Source of the DNA: Octopus vulgaris
Taxonomy: Eukaryota
Assembly (NCBI GenBank): GCA_951406725.2
Contig: OX597824.1
Coordinates: 32,240,001-32,304,000, forward strand
DNA: 64,000 nt
Reading direction: 5' to 3'
Positions 40,301-49,310 of the stretch are shown one piece after another. Both the position numbers and the translations under genes were made by a program. How positions within the stretch are numbered: the stretch's first letter is position 1; every line of letters begins with the position of its first letter. Under the pieces are notes generated by a model, which saw only the letters and a program-made list of their open reading frames with translations, made no database searches and was not told where the DNA came from.

Positions 40301-43300
40301 AATACCGACACATTGATGCATCTCCTTCAAGAGTTGTATTACTGTGAAAATAAATTATAACTGGTCTTAGAATAAAATTACAACATGATTACTCTTTTCT
40401 TTCAATGAAGCTGTAAATAAGTAAAAAGGAATAATTCATGAAAAGGCTTCCAGTCAACTAACTGATGTAAATCAAGTCTTAACTTCAAGGTCAACAACTA
40501 CTAAAGACTGAGACATAAAGCTCAAAGAAAATCCTATGAAGGCTTGGGGTGCATAGTGCTTTGGCTACTGAGTCCATGATTGTTACATAAGGCACTACAT
40601 TTCATGTGGTTTCAGTTTGCTCAGCTGAAAATGTGTACTAGTAATACCTGGGGGAATTTAACCCTGCATTGTCAAGCTGGTGTTCCATTCAGGAGGGGCA
40701 AGTCTAATACTATCAATGGCTTAAATGCTACTGAAACCAAAATAAACTCTTGCTTAAAGGGCCAGTAATTTAGAGACAAACTTTAAAATTCTACTGGGTC
40801 TCTACATTGCTGCAAGTGTCTGCCTGGGGAAATTCACTGAACCAGTAATATACATAGCATCAGAACTAAGCTCAAAAGTAAGAGCACATGTATCAGATTC
40901 CTCATCAAAGTCAATCATACCTAACAGTGGCTTGGAAATAACTGTACCTAAGTTGAGGTGGTCTTGTCTTGTGAGTTGCTTCATGACCTCACTAGTACCA
41001 GTGCCATGTAAAAAGTACTCAGTATACTTTACAAAGTGATTGGAAGGGTGTCCAGACATAGAAACCTTGCCAAAGTAGTAATATTGGAAAGGAATGATAC
41101 TGCTTATGAGACAGTGAAAGCCGTTTTCAACTATCCTATAATGTCCTGTGCGAGGTCACTGGAGATGGCGAGCCATTCGCGGTTCCATCTGCGAAGACCG
41201 ACCACCTGCGGACCTGAGAGTTTGGAGAGGTCTTCCTTTATCGTAGAGCGTGGGCTGCCATGGTTTGTGATGCTGTTAGGACCAGAGAAGAAGCCAGCTC
41301 AACCCGCCCTGGGTGAATGCCGTCACAAGTACAAGTAGGTAAGTATCCTATAATGTCAAAACAAGGGGACACAAACTCACAAAGACATATACATACACAC
41401 ACACAGAGGCTGCTTTCAGTTTCTGTCCAACCCATGCCAGCATGGAAAGTGGATGTTAAATGATGATAAAATCCACTCACAAGGACTTGGTCAGCCCAGG
41501 GCCATAGCAGAAGACACTTGTTCACAGTGTCAAGCAGTGGGACTGAACTTGAAACCATAAGGTTAGGAAGTAATCACACAGCTAAACCTGCACCTATATA
41601 AATATATATACACACAGACAGACAGAAAAGGTTCCCATAAAACATTGTTTTATGTTTATTTTAACTTGAAAAGGTTTATATTTTTTATTAATTGACATTT
41701 TTATTTTAAGTTCTATACGTAACTGTTTAATCACACCATGCACAAAGGAAGCCTTGGAACATATTCAAATAAATATATGTCTATATTGCAGAAAGGACTC
41801 CTTCCAATCTTCAGTAGTGAAATAAAAAAAAAAACTCTTTATTTATGGAAGATGGGGCTCCTTGTCACACAGCTAAAAGCTTCCATAGCCACGCCTGTAA
41901 CCAGATACGAACTCTACTGAACACCTCTGGGGCATAATGGACAAGACACTTATGCAAATGGAATGTCTACTAAATATTAGATATTGACATTATAATAATT
42001 AATAAATAATTTGAATGTATAATTTCAGAATGAAATAAATTTTAATGATTATAAGGGTGTCTATTTACTTGTCATGTCCTTGTGTGTGTGTCTGTGTGGA
42101 TATATATATATACGCACACACACATATATTCTCATTATTTTGCAATTATTAGCATCAAGCTAAACTAGAGAAGAGCAAATAGCTGGCATTTCAAACAAAC
42201 GTAACCAACACGGGAACTTTTAAGGGGAAACAATTATATAATGTATCATCTTATGTAAAGTTAGTAATCTGCTACAGTTGACGTTTGGTGCATTTGGTAC
42301 TATGCTGAATGCATATTCCTTGTTTGCTGATGGCCAATTTATCCATCACTGTGCTGTCAAGTTCACTCATTATTATAGTCATTCTCATGGTTCCTGATAT
42401 GCTCCAAAAAATGTCAGCTACAATAGTTACAATAAGACATCCTGCATAAAGTTCAATGAACTGTTATTAGTCAAAATAAAGTTCAATGAACTGCTATAGT
42501 TGGCATAAAGTTCAAGTAAATTTTGGGTCAATCTGTCTGAATATCCTCAGGAGAGTAACTAAGAATTAATTCTGTCTCATGGTGGAGAGGCAGACGTGGA
42601 AAAACAACATCCAACCAGAAAACATGCACATCAAAAAATTTTAGCTGACCCTTGACATAAGAAAATGTTACCCTACCAAAAAAAAAAACACTACAAAACC
42701 CTGCAATTATTTCATCCAGTCAGTATTAAAATTATTTAGTTGTAAAAAATATGTGGGGTTATTTTCAACAAAAAATCTATCTAAAGTATGATAACAGTAG
42801 TTCAGTGAATAATTAACTCTTAGCATTCAGATTACTCTGTCAAATGCAATGTTTATTTATTCTCATTATTTTTAATTAATCACGTGTAATTTTGGTACTT
42901 TGGGATTTTTTTCTGTAATTGTTTATTTTCAAAATGACATTGTAGGGTGGGTGTGAGAGGCTGACTACTTTGAACATAAAACAGGTAGAATATTTGGCCT
43001 GGACATAGCCAGTTTAAATGCAAAAGGGTTACTTTGAAGGAAAATATGCAGAGAAGAAAAACAACTTAATATAGACTATAACCATACCTGTCTATTTCAA
43101 TGGAATTGACATTTTTGTATTTAATATCACAAGAGAATTTGGATGCTGACTTGAAGTTTTCAAGAACCAACAGACTGGCTGTAAAAAAAACAAAAATGAA
43201 GAAGTATGTATATATATTCCTGACCAAAATATTATTTTCTGATTTCATACATAATTCTTGTAGATTTAGAAAAATGAGCAAATTGGAAAGACTTTTATGT

Positions 43301-46300
43301 GATCAGATCAAATGCAGAAGAAGAGAAATAGTTCCAAGGAATAGTGAACAAATTCTAAATGTGGAAGCAAAGCTTAAAATTGGAAGAGCTCAACGTAAAT
43401 TAAGCAAAATTGAAAATTTTAGTGAACAAGGAAGAAGTCAGGACTCTACTGCCATCTATGTTAAGCTAACATAAGAAATAAAATAAGAGTATGCAGGAAT
43501 TCCATTCAGGTACACAAGCTGTTTCAGCGAGATCCTCGGACTTTGTGTGAAGACACACAAGAATATGGAACGAGACAGTTGACAGCTGTTATTTGGATGC
43601 CAATGATTTGGCACAACTGACTGGACATTCAGCCAGTTTTGGTGCACAGAAATATACACAAAGACACAAAGAGAAAGAGAGATGGAGAGAGAACAACAGA
43701 AACATTAAAATGTATTCAAGAGTCGAGTAACTTGTAAGATTTGTAATATAAATGATATTAGGCATTCAAGCATAAATTTGAGTCAGAACAAACACTGCAG
43801 GTTCACTACTAGGGTTTAAACCATGTAGCTATCACTTATTGGGTTTCTGTATGACTTGTAACACAAAGAGTGCTTTTTCCTTGCACACTTTCATGAATTT
43901 ACCAACCCTGTCCAATCTTCTGTACTGCTTCTGTTATATTTACCTTTCTATACCTTATGGTTGTGAAAGGGAGGCGAGCTGACAGAAACATTAGCACATC
44001 GGGTGAAATGTGTAGCCGTATTTCGTCTGCCGTTACGTTCTGAGTTCAAATTCCGCCAAGGTCGACTTTGCCTTTCATCCTTTCGGGGTCGATAAATTAA
44101 GTACCAGTTACGCACTGGGGTCAATGTAATCAAGTTAATCCGTTTGTCTGTCCTTGTTTGTCCCCTTGTGGGTAGTAAAGAAATATATACCATATGGTTG
44201 TGAAAGCTGGACTCTTACAGCTGACATGCAGGTATGTCAGAATTCAGGTATTTGAGCACAAGTGCTTTCAGAGACAATTACACATGCTGTACACAGAACA
44301 AAATGAATAGCTTTGTCAGGCAGCCAATCAACAAATACACTGGCAAACAGGAATCACTCCTTGTGCAGATAAGACGAAAGCTTGTCTGGTACGGGCATGT
44401 ATCCTGTCATAATTCTCTGTCCAAAATCATTCTTCAGGGCACATTTGAGGGAGAGAAAAGAGAGGCAGGCAGAGAAAATCCTGGTTTGACAGCACCAAAG
44501 ACTGAATGGGTCACAACGCAGCAAATTTGCTATGCATGACAGAGAACAGTGACTAATGCTGACAATTGACTATAAAAGCGTCTAGAGTGACACCCCAGTA
44601 ACTGCCTGAATCAGTTAAGACAAAACAAAGTTTATAGTCATATAATTCTTTCTTTGCCATGGTGTCAGGTAAGATTAAAACCATTACGACCAATTATATT
44701 TTTTATCAAATAAGGCAATTAGTCTCCATCCTTCTTCAAACATCACAAGCACCTTGTCCTATCTCCTCTGGGAAACACCGTACAAGATGATATAGGGTTA
44801 GAGGGGATCTACAACACTTCTTTTTCATATATAAAGAAATATATAAGGTGCATTCCAGAAGTTTTGAGACTTTTTTTAGGAGAGTTATAACATCCTAGAT
44901 TACTGAAATTTTAGTATAACATTACTATACATATAAAGCTGACCTGCAACTTTTGTTAATCTAGATTAAAGGAGATAACATAATAGCACTTTGAATACAC
45001 CATAACTAAACACTGCTTGTCACAGCTGACTGGCTTGCAGATTGCAGTCGAGATATGAAAACAATTTGGAAGCTTGCAGCCATGCAATAAAGTTTTGTGT
45101 TAAACCAAGCAGAAACACTACAGGAACTTATGAAGTGCTCCAGATTGGTTTTAGATTAACTTATATGAGCTGAGCATGTGTTTTTCGCTAGCACAAGAGG
45201 CCAAAAAAGGCAAGTCCTCCAGAAAGCTCATGATGACCCTATTTTTCCACAGCAAGGGTACCATCTACATCTGGGTTCCCTTTGGCCAGATGGTCACCAA
45301 AAATTACTTTGTGGGGGGTTTGAAGAGATTTTGTTGCAAAACGCCAGAGCACCTGCACCAGATTACAATTCCAACTACTTTACAAAGATGAGCATCAAAA
45401 CTGCTTCTCACCTACCCTACAGTCTAGACCTTGCTCCCGGTGACTTTTGGTTGTTCTTCAAGCTGAAGGAGAATAAGGAGGAGGCTGTGACATGGGTCCC
45501 GGTCACCTTCACTTTGGAGTACTTCCACAGGGCCTTCACAAAGTTGCTGGAGTGCTAACAACAAGGGCATTGAACTCAGAGATCTTACTTTGACTCTTTA
45601 ACATTCAGATGCCTTTGCTGTCACAAAATAGGGTCATTGTGAGCTTTCTGGAGGACTTGCTTTGTTTGACCTCTTGTGCTAGTGAAAAACAGATGTCCAG
45701 CTTATACATGTTAATCTATAAGCAGTTTGGAGTATTTTGTAAGTTTCTTATTTCTTCATTACCCACAAGGGGCTAAACATAGAGGGGACAAACAAGGACA
45801 GACAAAGGGATTAAGTTGATTACATCGACCCCAGTGCTTAACTGGTACTTAATTTATCGATCATGAAAGGGTGAAAGGCAAAGTCGACCTCGGCGGAATT
45901 TGAACTCAGAACATAAAGACAGACGAAATACCATTAAGCATTTCGCCTGGCGTGCTAACGTTTCTGCCAGCTTCCCACCTTTTGTAAGTTTCTGTAGAGA
46001 TTCTGTCCCGCTTAACACAAAATTTTATTGTATCGCGAGCTTCCAAATTGTCTTCATGTCCCAAATGCATTCTGCAAACCAGTCACCTGTGACAAGCAGT
46101 GTTTAGTAAGTAATGCTTATTTATTCACACTATTTTGAGTTAATCATGTATTATCTTGTAGCTTTGAGATTTCAATGGTGTAACAGTATACTTTTACAAT
46201 GACATTGTCAGGTAAACATAGAGGGGACAAACAAGGACAGACAAAGGGATTAAGTCGATTACACACACACATTTGGATGTGTATGCTTGTTGTAATACCT

Positions 46301-48393
46301 CAAAAAAATAATACAGCTTTCATATAACTATGGCTATCCAATACGGGGTTGTTTAACTAAGTCAGCACTGATCCAGCAGTCCTAGTGTCAAGGGCGTTCC
46401 AGTCATGGCCATCGCATTTTAAGGTATAATTTATCAAGAATTAAACTTCTGAATATCCTGTTATTTTAAGGCGTTGTGAAATGAGATAAGCTTTTATTCC
46501 TAGCTGGTCGGGCGACCGCGTAGAAATCAAACCCAGTTAGTTTGATTTCGTTTTTAGCTAAAATTACCTTTGTTAATGAGCACAGGCGTTCTATCCATGA
46601 TCCTCACATTCTTTTTATTTATATCAAGAAATAAACAGTCGAATGTATTCTTAATTCTAGAATATAACAACTTTTTCGAACAAACCGAATGACCTAATTG
46701 ATTCGCGAGCTTCAAGTATTGATATTATTGCGTCAATATTTTGAAATTGCATCATACAAATTGCATCATACAAATTGACAATCAGAATCGATCAGTGTGA
46801 CAGTTAAATACTAACAAGAAAACCTATCGATTGACTAGTTAAAATCTATTTTAGCTCTCACAGATTTAGTTAATGCCAAATGAATAAGTTACTTCACCTT
46901 CAACGAGGGTGGATTCTAGCTTTCACGTATTCGCCAGACGGGCTAAAAAATAGACAGTCTGTCACTCCCAAAATTCACACCTTAATGTTTGCAAAAAGGT
47001 CACATTGGATACTGTAGTCACAGACAGGGCCCTCTCAACAACAGAAAGGACCCCCTACATACATAACCATTGGGCCCTTAAACTTACAGAGATCTCGGGT
47101 AAGTGTGCTGTGTACCTATGCCTCCTGAAAATCTAGGTGTGATGGCTATGATCGGAATGTCTCAATCAATGCCTACTTGAGTCTAAAATGCAACAATTAA
47201 TACTTTAGGAATTTAACTATATATTGATATAATTCAGCGACACATTAAGGTACGAAATGTAGTTAACCATAGAAATCGGAAAAAAAAAAAATTTGGAATA
47301 AAATAAAGTAACGAGGAATGAGGGTTTATTTTGAAATTGAACCCAGGAATAACATAAGAATTAGAAAGAGTGGGGAAAAAATTACTTGTGCAGTAAACTG
47401 TTATAACAAGTAAATACTGAAGAAAATAATTTAAAATATTGATATATTACGTTAGAAATACATATATCTAAATATTGCAAATATTTCCCTGGTTTACGCT
47501 AACATCAAGGCTGGTACTATCAGAAACTCGGCGACGACTTGCACACGTGTTTTATGTGTACGCAAGCATATTTATAGCTCAAAAGAGAATTTCCTGATGA
47601 AAGTATGAGAACATTTCACAAGTTTATGATTGCATCATCATCATGGAAAGAGAAGCGGAAGATAAAAAAAAAAGTAACTTCATAAGAAATAAGAACAAAA
47701 CAAAATTGAAAAAAAAAAAAAAACACCCGATGTATTCTATATTTAAAATTAACACGTATATAATAGAAACAGACATATATAGCTGTGTGTACAAATGTTC
47801 TACACTGACATATCCGAAAGAATTAAAAATCATCGCATTACAATAAGCATACACATCCAAACGTGTGTGTGTGTACGTATATGTGTATTATAACTTCTGC
47901 ATTTACATTATTTTGAAATAAAGAAACTGAAAAATAAATATTCTGGTTATATCGTCTATTCCTTAAAATAGTTATAGGAGAGACTTAAAAGGCTGAGATG
48001 ATGCAGAATAACTGGCGACTTTAATTGTTTAAATCATGACTAACTTTATATAATTATACCAGTAACGCACTGGGGTCGATGTAATCGATTTAATCCCTTT
48101 GTCTGTCCTTGTTTGTCCCCTCTATGTTTAGCCCCTTGTGGGTAATAAAGAAATATATTATTATTATTATTAAATATTAGGAAATACTTTAAGGTAAGAT
48201 CAGAAAGACTATTTTCTGATGTTAAATTATAAATAAACTACATGATTCATTTCAAACTCTAGGTAGTTTCGGTGATTGGTGGGGGGTCATAGGGAAGTGA
48301 GAAAGAGTATATTATTGTTGGAAATAGTAATGATAAAGTATGCTTACCGACAGCAGCATTTTGTGAGTCGATATTGAGTTTGAGAGGAGCCAT
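2771..48393 (-). CDS. EPRS: Bifunctional glutamate/proline--tRNA ligase, spliced CDS of 23 exons, 3'-partial (ProRS domain continues left of the window)
   Basis: Manual splicing gives a continuous 2984-nt frame with GT-AG introns: GST-like N-terminus, [21 protein letters not shown] (HIGH motif), [41 protein letters not shown] (KMSKS-equivalent), [11 protein letters not shown], three WHEP repeats, then KKITR at the ProRS start. Confidence 0.97.
3690..4225 (-). mobile_element. RTE-clade LINE remnant: ORF C-terminus plus 3' UTR
   Basis: Minus strand reads [35 protein letters not shown] and then runs into the (GAT)n-tail family, which ties that family to RTE. Confidence 0.75.
5522..5737 (-). CDS. 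EPRS: EPRS exon 22 (WHEP2 helix 2 plus WHEP3 helix 1)
   Basis: [26 protein letters not shown]...[15 protein letters not shown]; 216 nt, phase 0-0. Confidence 0.94.
7661..7888 (-). CDS. EPRS: EPRS exon 21 (WHEP1 helix 2 plus WHEP2 helix 1)
   Basis: [27 protein letters not shown]...[15 protein letters not shown]; 228 nt, phase 0-0. Confidence 0.94.
9173..9322 (-). CDS. EPRS: EPRS exon 20 (linker plus WHEP1 helix 1, ...[19 protein letters not shown])
   Basis: 150 nt, phase 0-0; QG..VR.LK WHEP motif. Confidence 0.93.
11285..11790 (+). mobile_element. CR1/L2-type LINE 3' fragment nested in a tRNA-derived SINE (about 11030-11870)
   Basis: [24 protein letters not shown]...[17 protein letters not shown] is a typical RT C-terminus; (ATT)n tail; SINE halves on both sides. 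Confidence 0.85.
12116..12508. mobile_element. Merlin-family MITE
   Basis: TIRs GGATCTTTT.GGTTTGAACGGCAGTTTTT / AAAAACTGCCATTCAAACTGAAAAGATCC; perfect 8-bp TSD CTATATTG; left end matches the end of the Merlin element at 54290. Confidence 0.85.
12612..12738 (-). CDS. EPRS: EPRS exon 19 ([21 protein letters not shown]...SAKE)
   Basis: IPDG end of GluRS; 127 nt; acceptor is a weaker AAG. Confidence 0.9.
13146..13545. repeat. Compound (CA)n/(TA)n microsatellite with AGATATAAAT higher-order unit
   Basis: Directly visible. Confidence 0.95.
14088..14200 (-). CDS. EPRS: EPRS exon 18 ([37 protein letters not shown])
   Basis: GDIIQ.QR.GF.ICD motif; 113 nt. Confidence 0.96.
14478..14782. repeat. Long palindrome (~144-bp arms, 16-nt loop)
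   Basis: 14478-14621 is the reverse complement of 14638-14782 with few mismatches. Confidence 0.92.
16661..16941 (-). mobile_element. Non-autonomous Helitron
   Basis: 5' TC(T)(TA)n end and 3' GC-rich hairpin plus CTAG, inserted between A and T; same family at 53360-53756 (+), 53915-54250 (-), 56994-57506 (+) and 61108-61415 (-). Confidence 0.8.
17016..17168 (-). CDS. EPRS: EPRS exon 17 ([11 protein letters not shown]...[25 protein letters not shown])
   Basis: 153 nt; canonical splice sites. Confidence 0.96.
17580..17798. mobile_element. piggyBac-type MITE (~220 bp)
   Basis: TTAA-CCCTTTAG...TAAAGGG-TTAA; other copies at about 2021-2245, 6797-7024, 18180-18385, 31052-31265, 38643-38870 and 42813-43031. 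Confidence 0.85.
18568..18622 (-). CDS. EPRS: EPRS exon 16 ([18 protein letters not shown])
   Basis: 55 nt; TAG acceptor, GTGAGT donor; bridges phase 2 to 0 between exons 15 and 17. Confidence 0.88.
18664..19059 (+). mobile_element. Full-length tRNA-derived SINE (CORE-like central region)
   Basis: A box GTGGCTGTGTGG and B box GGTTCAGTCCC, then CCTTGGGCAAGTGTCTT, internal microsatellite and AG tail; many partial copies in the window, also 58846-59350. Confidence 0.85.
20246..20382 (-). CDS. EPRS: EPRS exon 15 (NDSVGTKLV...[20 protein letters not shown])
   Basis: 137 nt; TFINWGN motif of the anticodon-binding domain. Confidence 0.95.
20991..21101 (-). CDS. EPRS: EPRS exon 14 ([12 protein letters not shown]...KHPK)
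   Basis: 111 nt; IDP..PRY and HPK motifs. Confidence 0.95.
21691..21750 (-). CDS. EPRS: EPRS exon 13 ([20 protein letters not shown])
   Basis: 60 nt, phase 0-0; MEWDKIW motif. Confidence 0.95.
21957..22500 (+). mobile_element. Internally deleted Tc1/mariner-superfamily transposon
   Basis: TIRs TGATTGAAAAGTAACTCCCTA / TAGGGAGTTACTTTTCAATCA; FMQDGA..H and [15 protein letters not shown] transposase motifs, frameshifted. Confidence 0.9.
22740..23045 (+). mobile_element. RTE LINE 3' fragment
   Basis: [43 protein letters not shown]; (GATA)n tail. Confidence 0.88.
23960..24044 (-). CDS. EPRS: EPRS exon 12 ([28 protein letters not shown])
   Basis: WDDPRFPT motif; 85 nt. Confidence 0.97.
24178..24434. 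repeat. Inverted repeat, ~75-bp arms, ~107-bp spacer
   Basis: ATGATCTGACACATTTGGAGG...TTCTGAAT versus ATTCAGAA...CCTCCAAATGTGTCAGATCAT. Confidence 0.88.
25417..25525 (-). CDS. EPRS: EPRS exon 11 ([35 protein letters not shown])
   Basis: KMSKS-equivalent VLSKR; 109 nt. Confidence 0.97.
27506..27630 (-). CDS. EPRS: EPRS exon 10 ([41 protein letters not shown])
   Basis: Highly conserved GluRS core; 125 nt. Confidence 0.97.
29912..30306 (-). mobile_element. Gypsy-like gag N-terminal remnant flanked by 46-bp direct repeats
   Basis: From ATG 30220: [16 protein letters not shown]...[14 protein letters not shown], frameshift, [37 protein letters not shown]; repeats at 29912-29957 and 30261-30306. 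Confidence 0.7.
30337..30508 (-). CDS. EPRS: EPRS exon 9 ([10 protein letters not shown]...[24 protein letters not shown]...TGDKY)
   Basis: RAKIDM..NGCMRDP motif; 172 nt. Confidence 0.96.
31324..31728 (+). mobile_element. tRNA-derived SINE with Nin/Deu-like central domain, dimeric
   Basis: GCCTTTCATCCTTTCGGGGTCGATAAA..GTACCAG core occurs twice; other copies at 43972-44185, 45750-45980, 50225-50640 (10-bp TSD TTCCGATATA), 51610-52005, 61845-62345 and 63440-63675. Confidence 0.8.
31987..32179 (-). CDS. EPRS: EPRS exon 8 ([12 protein letters not shown]...AYVDDT...RRNQ)
   Basis: TSDHF and AYVDDT motifs; 193 nt. Confidence 0.96.
33460..33586 (-). CDS. EPRS: EPRS exon 7 ([13 protein letters not shown]...[17 protein letters not shown])
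   Basis: Class I HIGH-type motif; 127 nt; canonical splice sites. Confidence 0.97.
34101..34395. mobile_element. Inverted repeat (~107-bp arms) enclosing a hammerhead-like motif; Penelope-like remnant
   Basis: Arms 34101-34207 and 34289-34395; the minus-strand spacer reads CTGATGA-G-GTCAC-agaagt-GTGAC-GAAA. Confidence 0.7.
35092..35177 (-). CDS. EPRS: EPRS exon 6 ([29 protein letters not shown])
   Basis: Glu[10 protein letters not shown] motif; CAG acceptor, GTAAGG donor; 86 nt. Confidence 0.97.
35537..35902 (-). mobile_element. Non-autonomous Helitron, second family
   Basis: 5' TC(TA)n end; subterminal hairpin GCACTATGAC...GTCATAGTGC next to CTAG. Confidence 0.7.
36049..36390 (+). mobile_element. 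tRNA-derived SINE
   Basis: GGCGCGTGGCTCAGTGGTTAGAGCG...GAATCCCGG head, TTCTTGAGCAAGACACTT core; diverged copy at about 28084-28417. Confidence 0.85.
37586..37725 (-). CDS. EPRS: EPRS exon 5 ([24 protein letters not shown]...DTLKE)
   Basis: TTTTCCAG acceptor, GTAAGT donor, 140 nt, phase 1 to 0. Confidence 0.9.
38405..38558 (-). CDS. EPRS: EPRS exon 4 (IDFWIDFAQ...[20 protein letters not shown]), GST-like
   Basis: TAG acceptor, GTAAGT donor, 154 nt; YLVG..LTLAD GST C-terminal motif. Confidence 0.95.
40245..40341 (-). CDS. EPRS: EPRS exon 3 ([33 protein letters not shown]), GST-like
   Basis: CAG acceptor, GTAAAA donor, 97 nt; RYL..LYG motif of the GST-like domain. Confidence 0.92.
41146..41343 (+). 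mobile_element. 5'-truncated non-LTR (RTE-like) retroelement
   Basis: 14-bp TSD TATCCTATAATGTC; ORF end [24 protein letters not shown]; CAAGTA-type tail. Confidence 0.8.
43088..43178 (-). CDS. EPRS: EPRS exon 2 ([30 protein letters not shown])
   Basis: T-tract ACAG acceptor, GTATGG donor, 91 nt, phase 1 to 2. Confidence 0.85.
44185..44620 (+). mobile_element. Degenerate RTE LINE 3' fragment
   Basis: YGCESW-like start, then [27 protein letters not shown]. Confidence 0.75.
44845..45595 (+). mobile_element. Degenerate mariner transposon
   Basis: KLMMTLFF and [21 protein letters not shown] motifs with frameshifts. Confidence 0.8.
46727..46768. promoter_or_regulatory. Candidate C/EBP-ATF composite (CARE/AARE) site cluster in EPRS intron 1
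   Basis: ATTGCGTCA (46727), ATTGCATCA (46746) and ATTGCATCA (46760); another ATTGCATCA at 47629-47637. Confidence 0.45.
48348..48393 (-). CDS. EPRS: EPRS exon 1 ([15 protein letters not shown])
   Basis: ATG at 48393, 46 nt, GTAAGC donor; phase 1 fits exon 2. Confidence 0.85.
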
Positions 48394-48541
48394 GGTCAAA
48401 GACGACACTAAGCAACAGTCCGCTACAAAGGGTGAAAGGAATAATGCTGGCAGAAAAGGGAGGTAAATCTTGAGTAAGGGAAGACAACTACGGCAGTGCG
48501 ATTCAGTAATATTCTGCGTGATGGTGGTGGTGGGGTTCTGT

Positions 48542-48868
48542 GTGAGGGCGCGTGGCTTAGTGGTTAGGGCATTCGGCTCATGATCGTAAGGTTGTGAGTT
48601 CGATTCCCGGCGACGCTTTGTGTCCTTGAGCAAGACACTTTATTTCACGTTGCTCCAGTCCACTCAGCTGGCAAAAATGAGTTGTACTTGTATTTCAAAG
48701 GGTCAGCCTTGTCACTCTCTGTGTCACGCTGATTATCCCCGAGAATTACGTTAAGGGTACACGTGTCTGTGGAATGCTCAGCCATTTGCACGTTAATTTC
48801 ACGAGCAAGCTGTTCCGTTGATCGTATCAGCTGGGACCCTCGTCGTCGTAACCGGCGGAGTCTTTAAA
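48542..48868 (+). mobile_element. Young full-length tRNA-derived SINE directly upstream of EPRS
   Basis: A and B boxes intact; 13-bp TSD GGTGGGGTTCTGT (48529-48541 and 48869-48881); sister copy at about 59557-59857. Confidence 0.9.
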
Positions 48869-49310
48869 GGTGGGGTTCTGTTGTAATTACACTTATAGTT
48901 AGGTTAACTGGCATATTGAATAAGAATAAGTTTAATATAGCTGCTGTTTACTCAATACGAGTAGAATAAATGTAGGAAGAGTATGGGATGGATTAACTGT
49001 ACAAAGTTGTCATCATTTAACCCCAGGCCAACTCTATTTGAGCAGACCTATGATCAAAGGTATTCCAGCTTGTCATTTTAGGGATGTGTAGGACAACACT
49101 ATATAATGTGTCCACACAGTATGGTGTAATTTGAGGGACATTTAGTTGCTATTTTTAGCTGGTGGAACAACCACAAAGATACCCTCATTGGCTTGGGAAG
49201 TTCAAAGTATTTGAAAACTAAAAGCCCTAAATTGTTTATGATTATATACAATTTTTAATAATAATATAATAATGAAATTATTGTATAGTGCTCAGGTGCA
49301 CCACAACGAA

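Noticed and set aside
43100-43474. 124-aa plus-strand ORF antisense to EPRS exon 2
   Set aside because: It has no recognisable motif, is AT-rich, and is partly explained by the antisense exon and its polypyrimidine tract.
48546-48612. tRNA-like sequences (also at 36049, 57616 and 18664)
   Set aside because: They have A/B boxes but no complete cloverleaf and continue into SINE bodies, so they are SINE heads, not tRNA genes.
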